A DNA stretch of 64,000 nucleotides from Octopus sinensis (GCF_006345805.1 NC_043015.1:930001-994000), one strand, 5' to 3'; shown: positions 35,248 to 48,902, counted from the first letter of the stretch. Translations and numbers: made by a program. The notes: generated from the letters alone by a model not told the origin.

Positions 35248-35524
35248 CATACACACATACATACGTACGTATATATATGTATATAGCAATATCAGTCTGA
35301 ACGAGTCGTAGTAAGTATGAGACGAATGAAGCTGTTTTAAATAATTATACGTATGTAATTCGTACTAAGTGTCTTTAGCGCCATTTTCTTGCGTATTTCT
35401 CCTCACACGCACACGTACAAACACACCCACGCAAGCACGTATGGATACATATTGATATAATATATATACGCACACACTCATATACACGCAGGTATATATG
35501 CATGCAGACATTCATACTTACTTA

Positions 35525-35816
35525 TCTTTATATATAAAAGTGAAGTTGTGTGTCTGTCTCCTACGATTTAGATTCCTAACTACTCCCACATTTTGCGGTG
35601 CTGTTTAGCCAAAAGCGGGTATCTTATAGTCGTGATTCATATCAAGCCCTTCTGTGTATTAGCGTGCGTCTACGATGAGTCTACGATTTAATTTGCCATC
35701 ATTTTTTCCCATTTTTAAAACGTTTTTTGTCTATTATATAAGGGAAGTATCTCTCTAAAACGGCTTATATAGTTATTTCCCTTACAAACCCGAGCAACGC
35801 CGGGCGATACTGCTAG
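35525..35816 (+). mobile_element. non-autonomous Helitron
   Basis: A|TC 5' end, CCCGAGCAACGCCGGG hairpin, CTAG|T 3' end. Confidence 0.9.
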
Positions 35817-36151
35817 TATAATATACACACAGGATAGCATACAAGTTCATTATAGACGCATACATATTTTCACTCGTGTATATATGCATTTATATATTGT
35901 ACCATATATTTCGTGTCAGAAATCTCCTAATAAACCATCAAACATTTATCTATATTGCCTTCGGACGGATAGAGAAAAGCTACATGCCTCAGAACGATCA
36001 ATTTCACATACATAGTTACATAAATACATACACACATACATACATACATACATACATACATACATACATACATACATACAAACATACATACATACATGCA
36101 TACATACAACATACATACATACACCACAACACACACACACACACACACACT

Positions 36152-36186
<35 letters not shown>

Positions 36187-36189
36187 TAT

Positions 36190-36358
36190 TATATCGGAGT
36201 AAACATATAAATGTGAAACAAGGTGGAAAAAGGAGTACTCAAATACCAGTGGTAGAGAAATATGCTTTATTTAAAGCAGTAGAAAATTCAACAAAACCTG
36301 TTACTCTGAGTTCCCGTTCCCGTTTTGTTGAATTTTCTGCTGCTTTAAATAAAGTATA
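36190..36358. repeat. fold-back segment (37-bp arms), probable Penelope-like pLTR end with inversion
   Basis: 36261-36297 and 36322-36358 are inverted with 2 mismatches around a 24-nt loop, and AATAAA lies inside the arm. Confidence 0.6.
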
Positions 36359-36380
36359 CATATATATATATATATATAAA

Positions 36381-36414
<34 letters not shown>

Positions 36415-36418
<4 letters not shown>

Positions 36419-36605
36419 AGAGTTCACAAAAAAACTAAAACAAAAGACGAAGACAGGTGGTGTAGAAAACAAACAGATGCATCAGTATAACGCTCAGGAA
36501 TTGAAAAAAGCTTTTACATTTCGAGCCTACGCTCTTCTACAGAAAGGGACGCAGAAAAATACAAGGAGAGAAACGAGAATAGAAAAAATGTGTGTAGTGG
36601 CTACC
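36415..36605 (-). mobile_element. Penelope-like pLTR fragment (family P1) with variant minimal hammerhead at 36511-36546
   Basis: Homologous to 57843-58015. The minus strand reads CTTT-CTGTAGA-A-GAG CGTAGG CTC-GAAAT-GTA-AAAG. Confidence 0.65.
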
Positions 36606-36791
36606 GATATATATTATATATATATATATATACTAGTGTTAATGTGTTAGAATCTAACTCATTAACATATAGTATATATAGTATATATATATATAGATCC
36701 TTAGTATCTTGACCACATGTTTAAACGATAATTTAATGCATTATAAAATATGAATATACCATACAAGATTCGTGTGAGTGTATGTGTGTGC

Positions 36792-36825
<34 letters not shown>

Positions 36826-37276
36826 TAGAGCGTGATTGTATTTGAGAGAGTGTTTATGTGTATGTATGTTGAAAGTGTGCATGTATTTACAATAATATAA
36901 CTTAGGAAGTATTAAGCTCTAAAATCTCTCAGTAATTTCAATCCTGTCAACTTAAAATTTTCCTAAGAAATGCTCCGTCCCAAACGTTATATATTTCACA
37001 CTTTGCAGCAAACAAGTTGTGTGTGTATGTGTGTGTGTGTGTGTGTGTATGTGTGTTGCTGTGTGCGTTACTTTATCCATTTTACAATATAATACAAATT
37101 TTATACATGTAACCTTGCAGCAGTCTCTATGGGATCAGAAAGAGTGTATATATGCATACATATATGCCTGTCACTGACAGATACATAAACGTAGACACAG
37201 CAAGCACACACAAAGATACATATGTATCTACGTTTGTGTGCGCGTTCCACGCAAGCGTGTATATGTGTATACGTAT

Positions 37277-37308
<32 letters not shown>

Positions 37309-37658
37309 CACATACATACATACATACTACAATACAATACATATATAATATATAATATATATATATTATATATATACATACATACATATATAGTATATAT
37401 ATATACATATTTATATATATAATATATATATAATATACATACATACATATATACATATATAATATTATTATATATATATTATATATATAGATAGATAGAT
37501 ATATATTATATGTATGTATGTATATATTTGTATATATATATTATATATGCATGTATGTTATGACTATTATATATATGTGTGGTGTGTGAACACACGGATA
37601 TAGCCATGGATAGAAAGATATGAATGAATGTGTGTGTATGTATATCTATCTATCTGTT

Positions 37659-37739
<81 letters not shown>

Positions 37740-37916
37740 AAAATATGGTAAGTAAAGAAATTCACTTTACCACACACCGAACTTTTCAGAAATAGCAGCC
37801 AAAAATTTGGCTATTTCTTCAGCTGCAAATAAAAGTCTCCAGACAATGCATACTCAGAAAATAACTCACATAGGTATAAGGGAAAAAACAATGAAAGATC
37901 ACATCCATATACGATA

Positions 37917-37978
37917 CCCGAGGACAGTCTGTTTCTGGATTTGTGGGTAAAACGCCACTTTTCCTTCATCAGCTCAGA
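37917..37978 (-). ncRNA. type I hammerhead ribozyme motif (copy 1, family P2)
   Basis: Exact reverse complement of 38353-38414. Confidence 0.75.
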
Positions 37979-38352
37979 GATTTCTTCTGATTTAGATTTG
38001 AAAATACTAAGAATCTAACATACCCGTCCGATAAATTAATACTTCAACTATACCGTAAATGGTCTTTACATACCGAATACTGCTTGGTCGAATTTATTAA
38101 CAATTAATTAATTCTACCCCTTTTTTTGATGACAATATAATGCTTTAATCTCCAAGAATTTGAACTGCAGTTTTTACCTCTGTAGAAATGTAATGCTCTA
38201 TGACTCACGTGGGTGGACAGGGAGAATAATAGATCTCATTCGTATTTTTGGATTCGCTAGTACTGGGTGTCTGGCATGGTTTGTCCGATGTTACAGATAT
38301 CGGACGGGTATGTTAGATTCTTAGTATTTTCAAATCTAAATCAGAAGAAATC

Positions 38353-38414
38353 TCTGAGCTGATGAAGGAAAAGTGGCGTTTTACCCACAAATCCAGAAAC
38401 AGACTGTCCTCGGG
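38353..38414 (+). ncRNA. type I hammerhead ribozyme motif (copy 2, family P2)
   Basis: Stem I TCTGAG/CTCGGG, core CTGATGA, stem II GGA-AAA-GTGG..CCAC-AAA-TCC, GAAAC, palindromic stem III ACAG-A-CTGT, predicted cleavage after GTC (C38408). Confidence 0.75.
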
Positions 38415-38458
38415 TATCGTATATGGACATATATAATATATATATATATAATATTATA

Positions 38459-38498
<40 letters not shown>

Positions 38499-39220
38499 GT
38501 GTATATATATATATGTGAATGTATTATGTATTTATGTATTTTTCTAAATGCGTAGATATACGCACACATACTGACAGACAGACAGATACTGTGAGAGAGA
38601 AGGTGAAAGCGGCGTTACCGATTGTATGCGGGATATATACACAAACGCATTATATTTGTATGTCAATTCGTACTTAAATATATTATTTGATTGTGTACGT
38701 AAATGCCTTTATAGAAATATTTGTTTATATAATCCCCCTAAATAACAGGAAATCTTTGTAGAGTTTTACAATGCACCTGTAAAGGACACCTGTAAATGCT
38801 TGTGTCTACTAGAGTTATATAGATTAGTAATAATAATAATAACTCTGAATATTTGATTGCGGTGACAATCTTTTGTTATTTTCGAAGTTTACCCTGACAA
38901 CTCCCGAGATTAGATTGATTTGTGTTCTGATTTCCTACTGTGTATACTTTCGATATGTCAATAAAAGATGAAGCTAACTCTTCTGTATAGATCTAGTTAT
39001 TTTTTTATATTTCTTACATACTGTTTAAACTTAAGTATCTACACACAGAGACACACAGACACACACACACACATAAATATAGTTTTGTGTGTATGATATC
39101 TATTTATCTCTCTCTCTCTTTGCATATATATATATATATATTATATATATATATTATATTATATACTATATTTTGTGTATTATACATACATACATACATA
39201 CATATATATATATATATAAT

Positions 39221-39258
<38 letters not shown>

Positions 39259-39670
39259 ACTATCTCGCTAAATATGTGTGTGTGCTTGTAAGTATATAGA
39301 TATTTATAAATATACACATAGATTGATACATACATACATACTTTTATCTGAGGAATTAATAAGCGATATAAATCCACGCGAAATACTTCTTAAGCTCTCT
39401 GCATATGAAAAATACACCATCCTAACTAAAAAACTTCGACCTTTTACTCCAATGATCCGCAGTTGAAAGCTGATGTCGAAGTTTTTCACAAGTGAAATTT
39501 GTAAATTGATCATCATATTACCAACATATGATGTTATCTTTTCAAAGATTGATACGTAAAATGGACAAAAATAATGGGTTATATACGATTGTTCATCTAT
39601 TTATTCCTACAATTGTTTCTTATATGGATTTGCTTGTGTTTGTAGGAATAAAAGGGTAGGTAGAACCTAC

Positions 39671-40033
39671 CCTTTTAGTAGAACCTCCTGTACGGATAGG
39701 AACTGTACTATGTGTAGATTTAGCCCACAAACAAACTGTAAAGCCAGAAATGTAGTCTGTAGTATAAGATGTACAGAGGGACGATGCAGTAACAAGTGAA
39801 CGACTTACGTAGGGGGGACGGCACGGAGGATAGGAGAGCGGGTAAATGTTTATTGGAGAGAACTTACGGAAGAAAAGAGCTCATCAGTTCTGTACCAGGA
39901 ACACGGGAGCTCACTCAACAACATAGAAGTCAAAATCGTGTCCACACAAAGAACAGATGCAACAATTAGACAAATTACAGAAGCTACACACATAATAGAA
40001 TATAAACCTAGCCTGAATAGGAAACTGGAATGA
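39671..40033 (+). pseudogene. Penelope-like GIY-YIG endonuclease domain with Cys linker, one in-frame stop
   Basis: PFSRTSCTDRNCTMCRFSPQTNCKARNVVCSIRCTEGRCSNK*TTYVGGTARRIGERVNVYW...IRQITEATHIIEYKPSLNRKLE*. Matches the PLE motifs C..rC..C, NVVY.I.C..C, YVGET.R, R.i.EA.hI...P.LN. Confidence 0.9.
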
Positions 40034-40448
40034 AACGCAAGCACACACCCCCAACACACCGCAACAAAGGACAGAATAAGATCCCGATAAACTTATAACA
40101 ATATGAACAAAACTAAAAACATAAAATACACAGATAAACAAATGGAAGTAAATAACTATATACGTTAACAAAATGAAAAAAAAATAACTAAATACAACAA
40201 AAACAAAATAATAATAATAAGTAGGTGTAAACACATGAAAAAATAAACAAAAATAAATTACATGAACGTGTATAAACAGGAGATACAAATATTAGAGGCA
40301 CTTTCCCACACACACATTAACTAAACATAAACACACATAGGGATAAACGCATGCGCAAATAAAGACACATACAATAGGGATACAAAATACAAAATGGCTG
40401 ACCGTTAGTAAGGAAAGACACACAAATAAGAAAGAAGAAAGCAAAGGA

Positions 40449-40488
40449 CCACTGATGAGGTCACATATGTGTGACGAAAGAAGTCTGG
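40449..40488 (+). ncRNA. minimal type I hammerhead motif (family P3) in the pLTR downstream of the endonuclease
   Basis: CCA-CTGATGA-G-GTCACA TATG TGTGAC-GAAAG-AA-GTC-TGG. Position 15.2 is G instead of C. Confidence 0.7.
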
Positions 40489-41045
40489 CTGAAATAAGTT
40501 TAAGATTAATGCGAAAAATAAATAAAACTGAAGCAAAAATTAACACCAAATATATAGTCCGTGTGTTTTTATTGGCTAACCTCGCAAGATGACCATTCCT
40601 AAATACAACAACATATGTATATATATATATATATATGTGAACGCAGAATCTCACCTGATCATATACATATACACATAAAATTACAGGCAGACAGACATAT
40701 ATACTACTATATTTCCTTTGTATAACAAACCTTGTATTAATAACTAAACCTAATTCACCCTCTCTCTATCTCTTTCGTTCTTCATGTGTAGCTCAAACTT
40801 TTCGTTTTGTCTTTTACTCTATTTGTCTTTTGCATATATGATGGTGATTGTGTGCCGCTGCTCGCATGTTGATGTGTATATATATGTAAGCATGTATGTA
40901 TGTATATATACACACGTGTTTATATATACATATATACATGTGTGTATATATATATATATACATATAGATATAGATATACACATATACACACTATCTATTT
41001 ATTCCTCCATCTATCCAGCTCTTTCTCTTTATATATCTATGTATG

Positions 41046-41088
<43 letters not shown>

Positions 41089-41173
41089 GTATATATGCTC
41101 ATATACTAAAATATAGACATGTAGGTGTGTAAATGTGAATGTGCGATATATATCTATAGAATCTATCTATCTA

Positions 41174-41236
<63 letters not shown>

Positions 41237-41979
41237 ATATTTATGCATGTATGTATATATTTATGTATGTATGTATGTATGTATATGCAGATGTTGGTTT
41301 CTATGAAGCACGCATCCGTCTCTTCGCATTCCCATCCCTATCATCGTCATCCCTCCTTCTCTCACTCAATTCTCACACTTTCTCTCTACCCTATGCCAAC
41401 TATAAATTAGTCTATGTATAATCTGATCCCACTGTTTCAATATGCGCCATTGTAATGGTTAATCGTTTAGTGCAACGGCCATTTTCCTTTTAGTACTTGA
41501 CGTATATAAAACGCAATCTTTGTTTTGTCTTAACTTGAGCTTCCGCTATCAATTGTTCCTGTCGAAGTTATACCGCTTCTTTATTTCCTTCTCACCTTCA
41601 GGATAGTCTTTTTCTATTCTTCATCGATTTTCAATTCATGTATGTCTTGATTGATTTTTTTGTTTATTTATTTAATGGCATTAAAAGAAAGCTACATCTA
41701 ATTTCACCTGTCTCCCATGATTAAGCTACGGAGATATGTGTATTGTATTATTAATGGGCGAATTAACATAATAGTAATTATTACCTATTTGTATTATCAT
41801 AGATGTCTTTTTATTATATTGCTATTAATATCTTCATAATTACTGTTAATCAATAATGGCAGAATCGGAAGTGATCCAGGTAAATCCAAACGAGAATGAT
41901 TTTTTTTTCCCTTTACCTGCCAGTAATTCATAAAACAAAAGTTGATTCCACTTAATATTAGTGTTAGATTTTAGCACAA

Positions 41980-42150
41980 TGCCAGCGGCTTGAGAGAAGA
42001 GGCTAAGTCAATTACATCGACCCTAGTATTCAAATTGTACTTATTTCATCAACCCCGAAATTATGAAAGGCAAATCAATCTCGCCGGAATTTGAATTTAG
42101 AACGGAAAGTCACGAAATATCGGCGTGCTTAAGATTCTGGCTGATCGCCA
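41980..42150 (-). mobile_element. SINE family A (A2), degenerate
   Basis: Minus-strand body match. Confidence 0.7.
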
Positions 42151-42778
42151 TTTTAAGTTCATGTATTATAATAATACTCTTGTGTTTTTCTCCCTCACAA
42201 TAGATGAATGAGAAAAGAAGGGGTTATGGCAAACTTGGTAGACGGATGATGGAAATTCTACGGTGAAAAGAATCAGTGTGAGTATGTAAAATGTAGGGAT
42301 GTGAATGTTTGTGTGAGTGTGTTTGTTTATTTGTGTGCGTGTGTGTGTGTGTGTGCAATAGAAGAGGGACGGTGAACATTCAACGCTGAAAAAAATAATC
42401 AAACGGCGTTTCAACTCTGTGTGAGTATACGTGTGTATGTGTGTGCGTGTGGAAGGGAAGTATGTGAATGTATGTGTGAAGGTAGCGTTCTTTCAGTTAA
42501 CAAACAATGGTCGATGTCACATCTCAAAAAGATAACAACTAGATAACATTGACAAGTGTATTCCTTTGATTTACCATCCATATTCTATCTATTTTGTTAA
42601 AATCAATTATTACAATCACACACACCAGCACAAGCATGTGCATATATAAACTTATTAGAAAAAGTAATTATTGCCTGAGTATATTAAACGACAGTTTCTC
42701 TCTCTTGCTCTCTGTTTCTTTTTCTCTTTCTCTCCCTCTCTTGTTCTCAGGTTCGTGCTCTTTCTCATGCTCACTCTC

Positions 42779-42810
<32 letters not shown>

Positions 42811-43619
42811 ATTCCCTCGCTCTCACTTTTTGCTGATCATTTACAGGGTCATTTACAATATCTGAGCTGTATGCCATACATCTACTGATAAATATATGTA
42901 CTTTATTATAAACACAGATCGAACGCAGTAGAACAAAACACGATACCCGTCCCTGTTTAGCAGCACCAAAAGGTAAATCATATAATCGAAATTACGGTTG
43001 TACAATTGATTAAGGGAGATGCAGTAAAGGTTTTTTACCGATGCAGTACCACAGGAGAGACACCTGACGGAAAATGCTTAGCTACAAGTAAATCTACTGT
43101 ACTTAGCCTTCAATGACGCTCTGACGCACTTGATGAGATATTGCGTAAAGTACAAGGAAGCCAAACACACCTGAGCTGTCCTCAGCACTCTTCTATTTGA
43201 CGTGTAAGTTTCCAGATCCTAACAATAGAGTTATTATGTGGCTGCTTCTGTCTGAGGACATTTATATGCTTATGTCTTAGTTTTTGTAGCTGAAAACTTA
43301 AAGATATAGGACGGAAATTCCAGGTATTGAAACAAAATTCGAATGGAAGGGCCTCGATTTTAAAATTTAGCGAAGATCGCTAGGTTCATAAGTCGGAAAG
43401 GACTTACGAACTTAAAACGAAATAAATGGTATTTTCGCATCGGTAGAAAGTTTGTGGACTGAAATTTCGCCCGCTTAATGAAAATACGGTTGTACAAGCC
43501 GAGCCAGAGGTGGATTTCATATGCGTCAGACGAAAAAATACTGAACAAATAATAGAATAGATTGTCTCAGAATACTGGTTTTAGATTTTACACAAGGTGG
43601 TAGATTTAAATTTTACAAT

Positions 43620-44012
43620 AGGGTTAGGAGTTGCTTTGTGGTAAGTAGCTTACTTACCAACCATATAGTATCCGGGTTCAGTCCCACTGCGTGGCACGTT
43701 GTACATGTGTCTTCTACTATAGCCTTGTGAGTGGATTTGGTAGGCGGAAACTGAAAGAAGCCCGTCGTATATATTATAGATATATGCATGTGTGTAAATG
43801 TTTGTGTGTCTGTGTTTGTCTCCCCTCAGCATCATTTGACAACCAATGCTGGTGTGTTTACGTCTCCGTAACTTAGCGGTTTGGCAAAATAACCGATAGA
43901 ATAATTTCTAGGCTTACAAAGAACAAGTTCTGGGATCGATTTGCTCGACTAAAGGTGGTGCTCCAGCATGGCCACAGTCACATGACTGAAACAAGTAAAA
44001 GAGTAAAGAGTA
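43620..44012 (+). mobile_element. SINE family C, full length
   Basis: Colinear with 30655-31078. Confidence 0.9.
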
Positions 44013-44014
44013 AT

Positions 44015-44215
44015 GTCCGTAATTTCGGGGCCTAGGTTATGTCGGTTGCATCAAGTCCAGTGTGTTCAACTGGTGCTTATTTGAACGACCTTGTAAAATG
44101 AAAGCAAAATCTGCCTCGGCGGAATTTCAACTCAGAACACAAAGGAGGATGAAATACTGCCAAGAATTTTACCTGACATGCTGACATGCTAAAGATTTTG
44201 CTACTTCGCCGCCTT
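44015..44215 (-). mobile_element. SINE family A (A2), degenerate
   Basis: Minus-strand head and body match. Confidence 0.7.
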
Positions 44216-44969
44216 TGGTTTATAGAATATTATCAAGAATTAGTTTACAGATTTCTTTTGCTCAGTTGACCTAACTACTAGTGCTATGAAAACAACCAGA
44301 ATAAGAACTGGTTGGGGAAACCTTACGTAAAAAGTGTTTCCGAATCCCGTTATAAGACAGATTTTATGATATTTTATATGCTGTCTCGAATGTGTAGAAA
44401 TTACTTTCTTTTCAGACGTAAATGTTTTACAAATTGCGAAAGGAATCGAAACTTTAAACCATCTAAGAGGTACTGAATGTATGATCGATGAAGCTGAGAT
44501 TATTAAGAAACTAGGTGTACGATGGATCAGAATCAGAATGGGAGAATGAAGACGGTACGGATCAAGACGTGCGTTTGAAATATAACAGGTGTAAAGTGAG
44601 ATGCTACCACAACATATATAATTTTGCCTGTCTGTTTTACTTTAACAAATATATCACAGCAATTGCTGCTTCTGCTCCATTGTTTACTTGAGTACTCTCT
44701 CCATACCTCTCTGTCACTCCAATAAGCTGGTTTCTAATCTAATAGCCGCTGTACCCTCAACATACCTTTTCTCCAATCAACACCCTTGTGTTTGCATGGT
44801 AATGGGAGGACGGACATCCCATGTCGTAGTAATCACACATTTTTTGTCTTGCTGCAAAGAAGGCAATTTCATCCGTAGGGTCAGCACAATAAAATGCAGT
44901 CTGCCACTCTACTAAGTGTGGAAATATAGCGTTGTGAGACACAGTGTTTATTTTCATGGTGGAGACCAT

Positions 44970-45357
44970 GGATGGAAGCACTCCGTCGGTTACGGAGACG
45001 AGGGTTCCGGTAGATCCGAATCAACGGAACAGCCTGCTCGTGAAATTAACGTGTAAGTGGCTGAGCACTCCACAGACACGTGTACCCTTAACGTAGTTCT
45101 CGGGGATATTCAGCGTGACACAGAGAGTGACAAGGCCGGCCCTTTGAAATACAGGTACAACAGAAACAGGAAGCAAGAGTGAGAGAAAGTTGTGGTGAAA
45201 GAGTACAGCAGGGATCACCACCAGCCCCTGCCGGAGCGTCGTGGAGCTTTAGGTGTTTTCGCTCAATAAACACTCACAACGCCCGGTCTGGGAATCGAAA
45301 CCGCGATCCTATGACCGCGAGTCCGCCGCCCTAACCACTGGGCCATTGCGCCTCCAC
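44970..45357 (-). mobile_element. SINE family B, full length with 13-bp TSD
   Basis: TSD TGGTGGAGACCAT (44957-44969) / TGGTAGAGACCAT (45358-45370). Confidence 0.92.
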
Positions 45358-45726
45358 TGGTAGAGACCATAGCAACATGTCTAATGTTTTTACTGCGTTC
45401 AAATGCACCTGCTAATTACGCTGTGTCAAGTTGTTGGAATTAAGAGGCACATACTGTCGTACAAACTATTAAGAACTAGAAATATCCAGTCGATACGTGT
45501 TCTCGTTACTTCTCTAGCTTGCAGTACCTCGAAAAACAATTGAATCCGTCCGCAAACGTCAGCTTCATGCAAGCAAGACAAATCAAAGTGAAATGAAAAT
45601 GACAATAAGGATGCTAACGTTGAAATTAATGCATGCAAGATTTCACAGGTCTAGCTTCACTCCTTCATAAACAGCGTCTGAACATCTTAACCCACCATCG
45701 TATATATTCTGTCTACTTTGTGTATA

Positions 45727-46140
45727 ACGGCAAGCTGGCAAAAATGTTAGCACGCCGGGCGAAATGCGTAGCCGTATTTCGTCTGCCGTTACGTTCTGAG
45801 TTCAAATTCCGCCGAGGTCGACTTTGCCTTTCATCCTTTCGGGGTCGATAAATTAAGTACCAGTTACGCACTGGGGTCGATATAATCGACTTAATCCGTT
45901 TGTCTGTCTTTGTTTGTCCTCTCTGTGTTTAGCCCCTTGTGGGTAGTAAAGAAATACGTATTTCGTCTGCCGTTACGTTCTGAGTTCAAATTCCACCGAG
46001 GTCGACTTTGCCTTTCATCCTTTCGGGGTCGATAAATTAAGTACCAGTTACGCACTGGTACGATGTAATCGACTTAATCCGTTTGTCTGTCCTTGTTTGT
46101 CCCCTCTGTGTTTAGCCCCTTGTGGGTAGTAAAAGAAATA
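45727..46140 (+). mobile_element. SINE family A dimer (one head, two bodies)
   Basis: Junction GAAATACGTATTTC at about 45951-45964. Confidence 0.9.
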
Positions 46141-46794
46141 TACTTTGTGTATAACCTAGATCCTGACAATTCAAATATGTCAATCTAAAAACAATTGTTA
46201 GCATGAAGACCTAATACATAACTCTATAAATAATATCTGCAGCATTAAACTTTACGAGGTTTTTTTTTCTGGTTATCATGCATTTAACGTAATTTTAATG
46301 GCTTCATCAATATAGATAGGCGACTAATTACGTGTTTACTTATTCTTGATACGACTTATATAGACGTTCACCTTCCATCGGAGCTTCAACGATCCAATTG
46401 TTCATTACATTTCTCAATCAACACCAATCAAAGGAAATCAATACTCTTATATATTAGTCATTTACGTTGTCATTTCGAATTGCTTACTCAGCCATCTTCG
46501 TTTTGTTATATATTTAAATGTAGCCTAATTGATTATCGCAATACATTATATTATACATAATAAGAACAATTTTACTAAATAAATAAAATAGCTGTCTTTT
46601 TTTTTCGGTAGAATGTAGAGTAAGCGTAGTGGATTTCAGTGAGGATATACTGGGAAAAATATATGTTTTACTAACCAGAATGTCTCTATATTACAGCTAT
46701 TATAACATGTATAAACACTTCAAATCTCTCTAAAATAAAGCACTTTTTTGTCTTAAGGAACAACAAGCAAATTCTTTTCCATAAGTGTAGATAG

Positions 46795-47125
46795 GCGCAA
46801 GAATGGCTGTGTGATAAGTAGCTTGCTTACTAACCACATGGTTTCGGGTTCAGTCCCACTACGTGGCACCTTAAGCGAGTGTCTTCTGCTATAGCCTCGG
46901 GCCGACCAAAGCCTTGTGAGTGGATCTGTTAGACGGAAACTGAAAGAAACTCTTAGTATATATGTATATATAGGATATATATATATATATGTTACTGAGG
47001 TGAGACCGATGGAATAAGTACTAGGCTTAAAAAGAATAAGTCCTGGGGTCGATTTTGTCGACTAAAGGCGGTGCTCCAGCATGGCTGCAGTCAAATAACT
47101 GAAACAAGTAAAAGACTAAAAGAGA
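46795..47125 (+). mobile_element. SINE family C with internal deletion
   Basis: Head and tail are intact; the segment after the microsatellite is missing. Confidence 0.85.
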
Positions 47126-48253
47126 GAGTAACCAATAGATTTAGAATAGTCAGAGCACCATAACTGCCATGCCGTTTTCTAAGGAATTCATAATATCAAG
47201 CGGTATAATCAACTGAAAACATGTAGCAAATGGGATTTAAAGAATACCCTTATATCAGCAATTTTGATTGTTGGATGCATTTGAAGCGCCATATATGAAA
47301 TTATGAATGGCCTAGGAAACTGTAATGGTCCAACTGCCTACTGTAGTCTCATTTTGGAGCAAATCGATCTGGCTGATGCACATTCTAGTCTAGTATTAGT
47401 AAATATTTTTGGATATTCCCAGATAATTGTCTATGACGGTCTTTCGAATACCTCTTAATGTTTGCCAGCTGTCTGAATTTGTCTCATCCTCACTTCGGGT
47501 GGTTTTTCATTTTCACTATGTTTATTTTCATTGTTTAGATATAAATATTACTTGTTGAAGACTGTGGACTTATGATTAAACAGGTTTAAAGTCATTCTGT
47601 ATAGTTTCTTCATATTCAATAAAACTATATACTGCACTGTTTCTTCATTAGTAATGTCGCAATTTGAAAATATGTCCCTATGTCCGGAAAATTACTTGAA
47701 CAGGTCAAGATAAAAAACCATTCATAATATTATAGATTTTGTGTGCCTTATCTGTTGTTGAGAAAAACTGAAAGTTTAGGAGATTGGTACAAGATATATG
47801 GCAGTAAATTTCGTTGCGTTTTGTATAAATACGACACAATTATTTAAATTTACACCTGAAAGTGCTCCAAAGTTATTCGAAATTCGCTCATTGGACTAAT
47901 ATGAGCAAAAGACACGCTAAACCGTGGGGGAAAGTGAAAATATAATCGTTCCAATGACGAAACTTTCCAAATTAGAGTGATTATATGATGATGGATATGA
48001 TCAATCAGTGCATAGTAATATTTTAAATAAAATTAGTTACCTATACACGTCGTGGCATTACACATTGCTCGCATGTCAAAATCTATAGATCTCTACTGCA
48101 GGAACCACGAAAGACATAATTTGCTAAATGTCAGGATTCGGAATTGCACGCCATTCGCAAAATGCCATCTACAGAATCTTGAGCCGTGTAATGCCAAACT
48201 TGTGTGCATTTGAGTGCAAGAAGATTAAACTATGTATGTATATATGTATGATA

Positions 48254-48339
<86 letters not shown>

Positions 48340-48370
48340 AGATATATATATGCATATATGTATATGTAGA

Positions 48371-48405
<35 letters not shown>

Positions 48406-48851
48406 CATATATATATATATATACATATTATATATATATATATATGTATGTATCTATGCATGTATATATACAGAGAGATAATTATGCACGTATGTATATG
48501 TATATATATTTATTCGTTTGTATATATGTACGTACATATGCATCTATGTGTGCGAATGTATATGCAATATTGAGAAGTTCTTATGTGTGCTACGCAAAAC
48601 GTATAACGGAATGCAGGTAATTTGTATTGAGGTGCAGCAACGGGCACCTATATACGTGTGAAAATAGACACATGCAAAGTTCTGTATGCATTTGTATATA
48701 TCAAATGATATCCACACATAGAGTACCCTCCTACACACACGCGCACACACATACGTACTCACACACTAGAAAACATACACACAGATATATACATGTATAT
48801 GTACATAAACATATTTATAAATGTATATATATATATGTATGTACATATATA

Positions 48852-48902
<51 letters not shown>

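Larger units (their letters stand above)
37740..38427. mobile_element. Penelope-like element remnant (family P2) with 130-bp perfect inverted repeat
   Basis: Arms 37904-38033 and 38298-38427 are identical as read, each carries a hammerhead motif, and the whole is flanked by (TA)n. Confidence 0.75.

Noticed and set aside
41856-44469. Possible plus-strand exon chain MAESEVIQ / IERSRTKHDTRPCLAAPK / DVNVLQIAKGIETLNHLR
   Set aside because: Phases fit, but the exons are very short, no family is recognised, and such matches are expected by chance in 64 kb.
44764-44910. Open minus-strand AG-GT window (EWQTAFYCADPTDEIAFFAA...GEK)
   Set aside because: No recognisable homology and no phase link to the other candidate exons.
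45727-46140. CRISPR-like or satellite array
   Set aside because: The repeats are SINE body units without unique spacers, in eukaryotic DNA.
47150-47760. Possible decayed LINE coding region (IYEIMNGL resembles YKI.NGL)
   Set aside because: A single short motif with multiple stops in all frames; not supportable.
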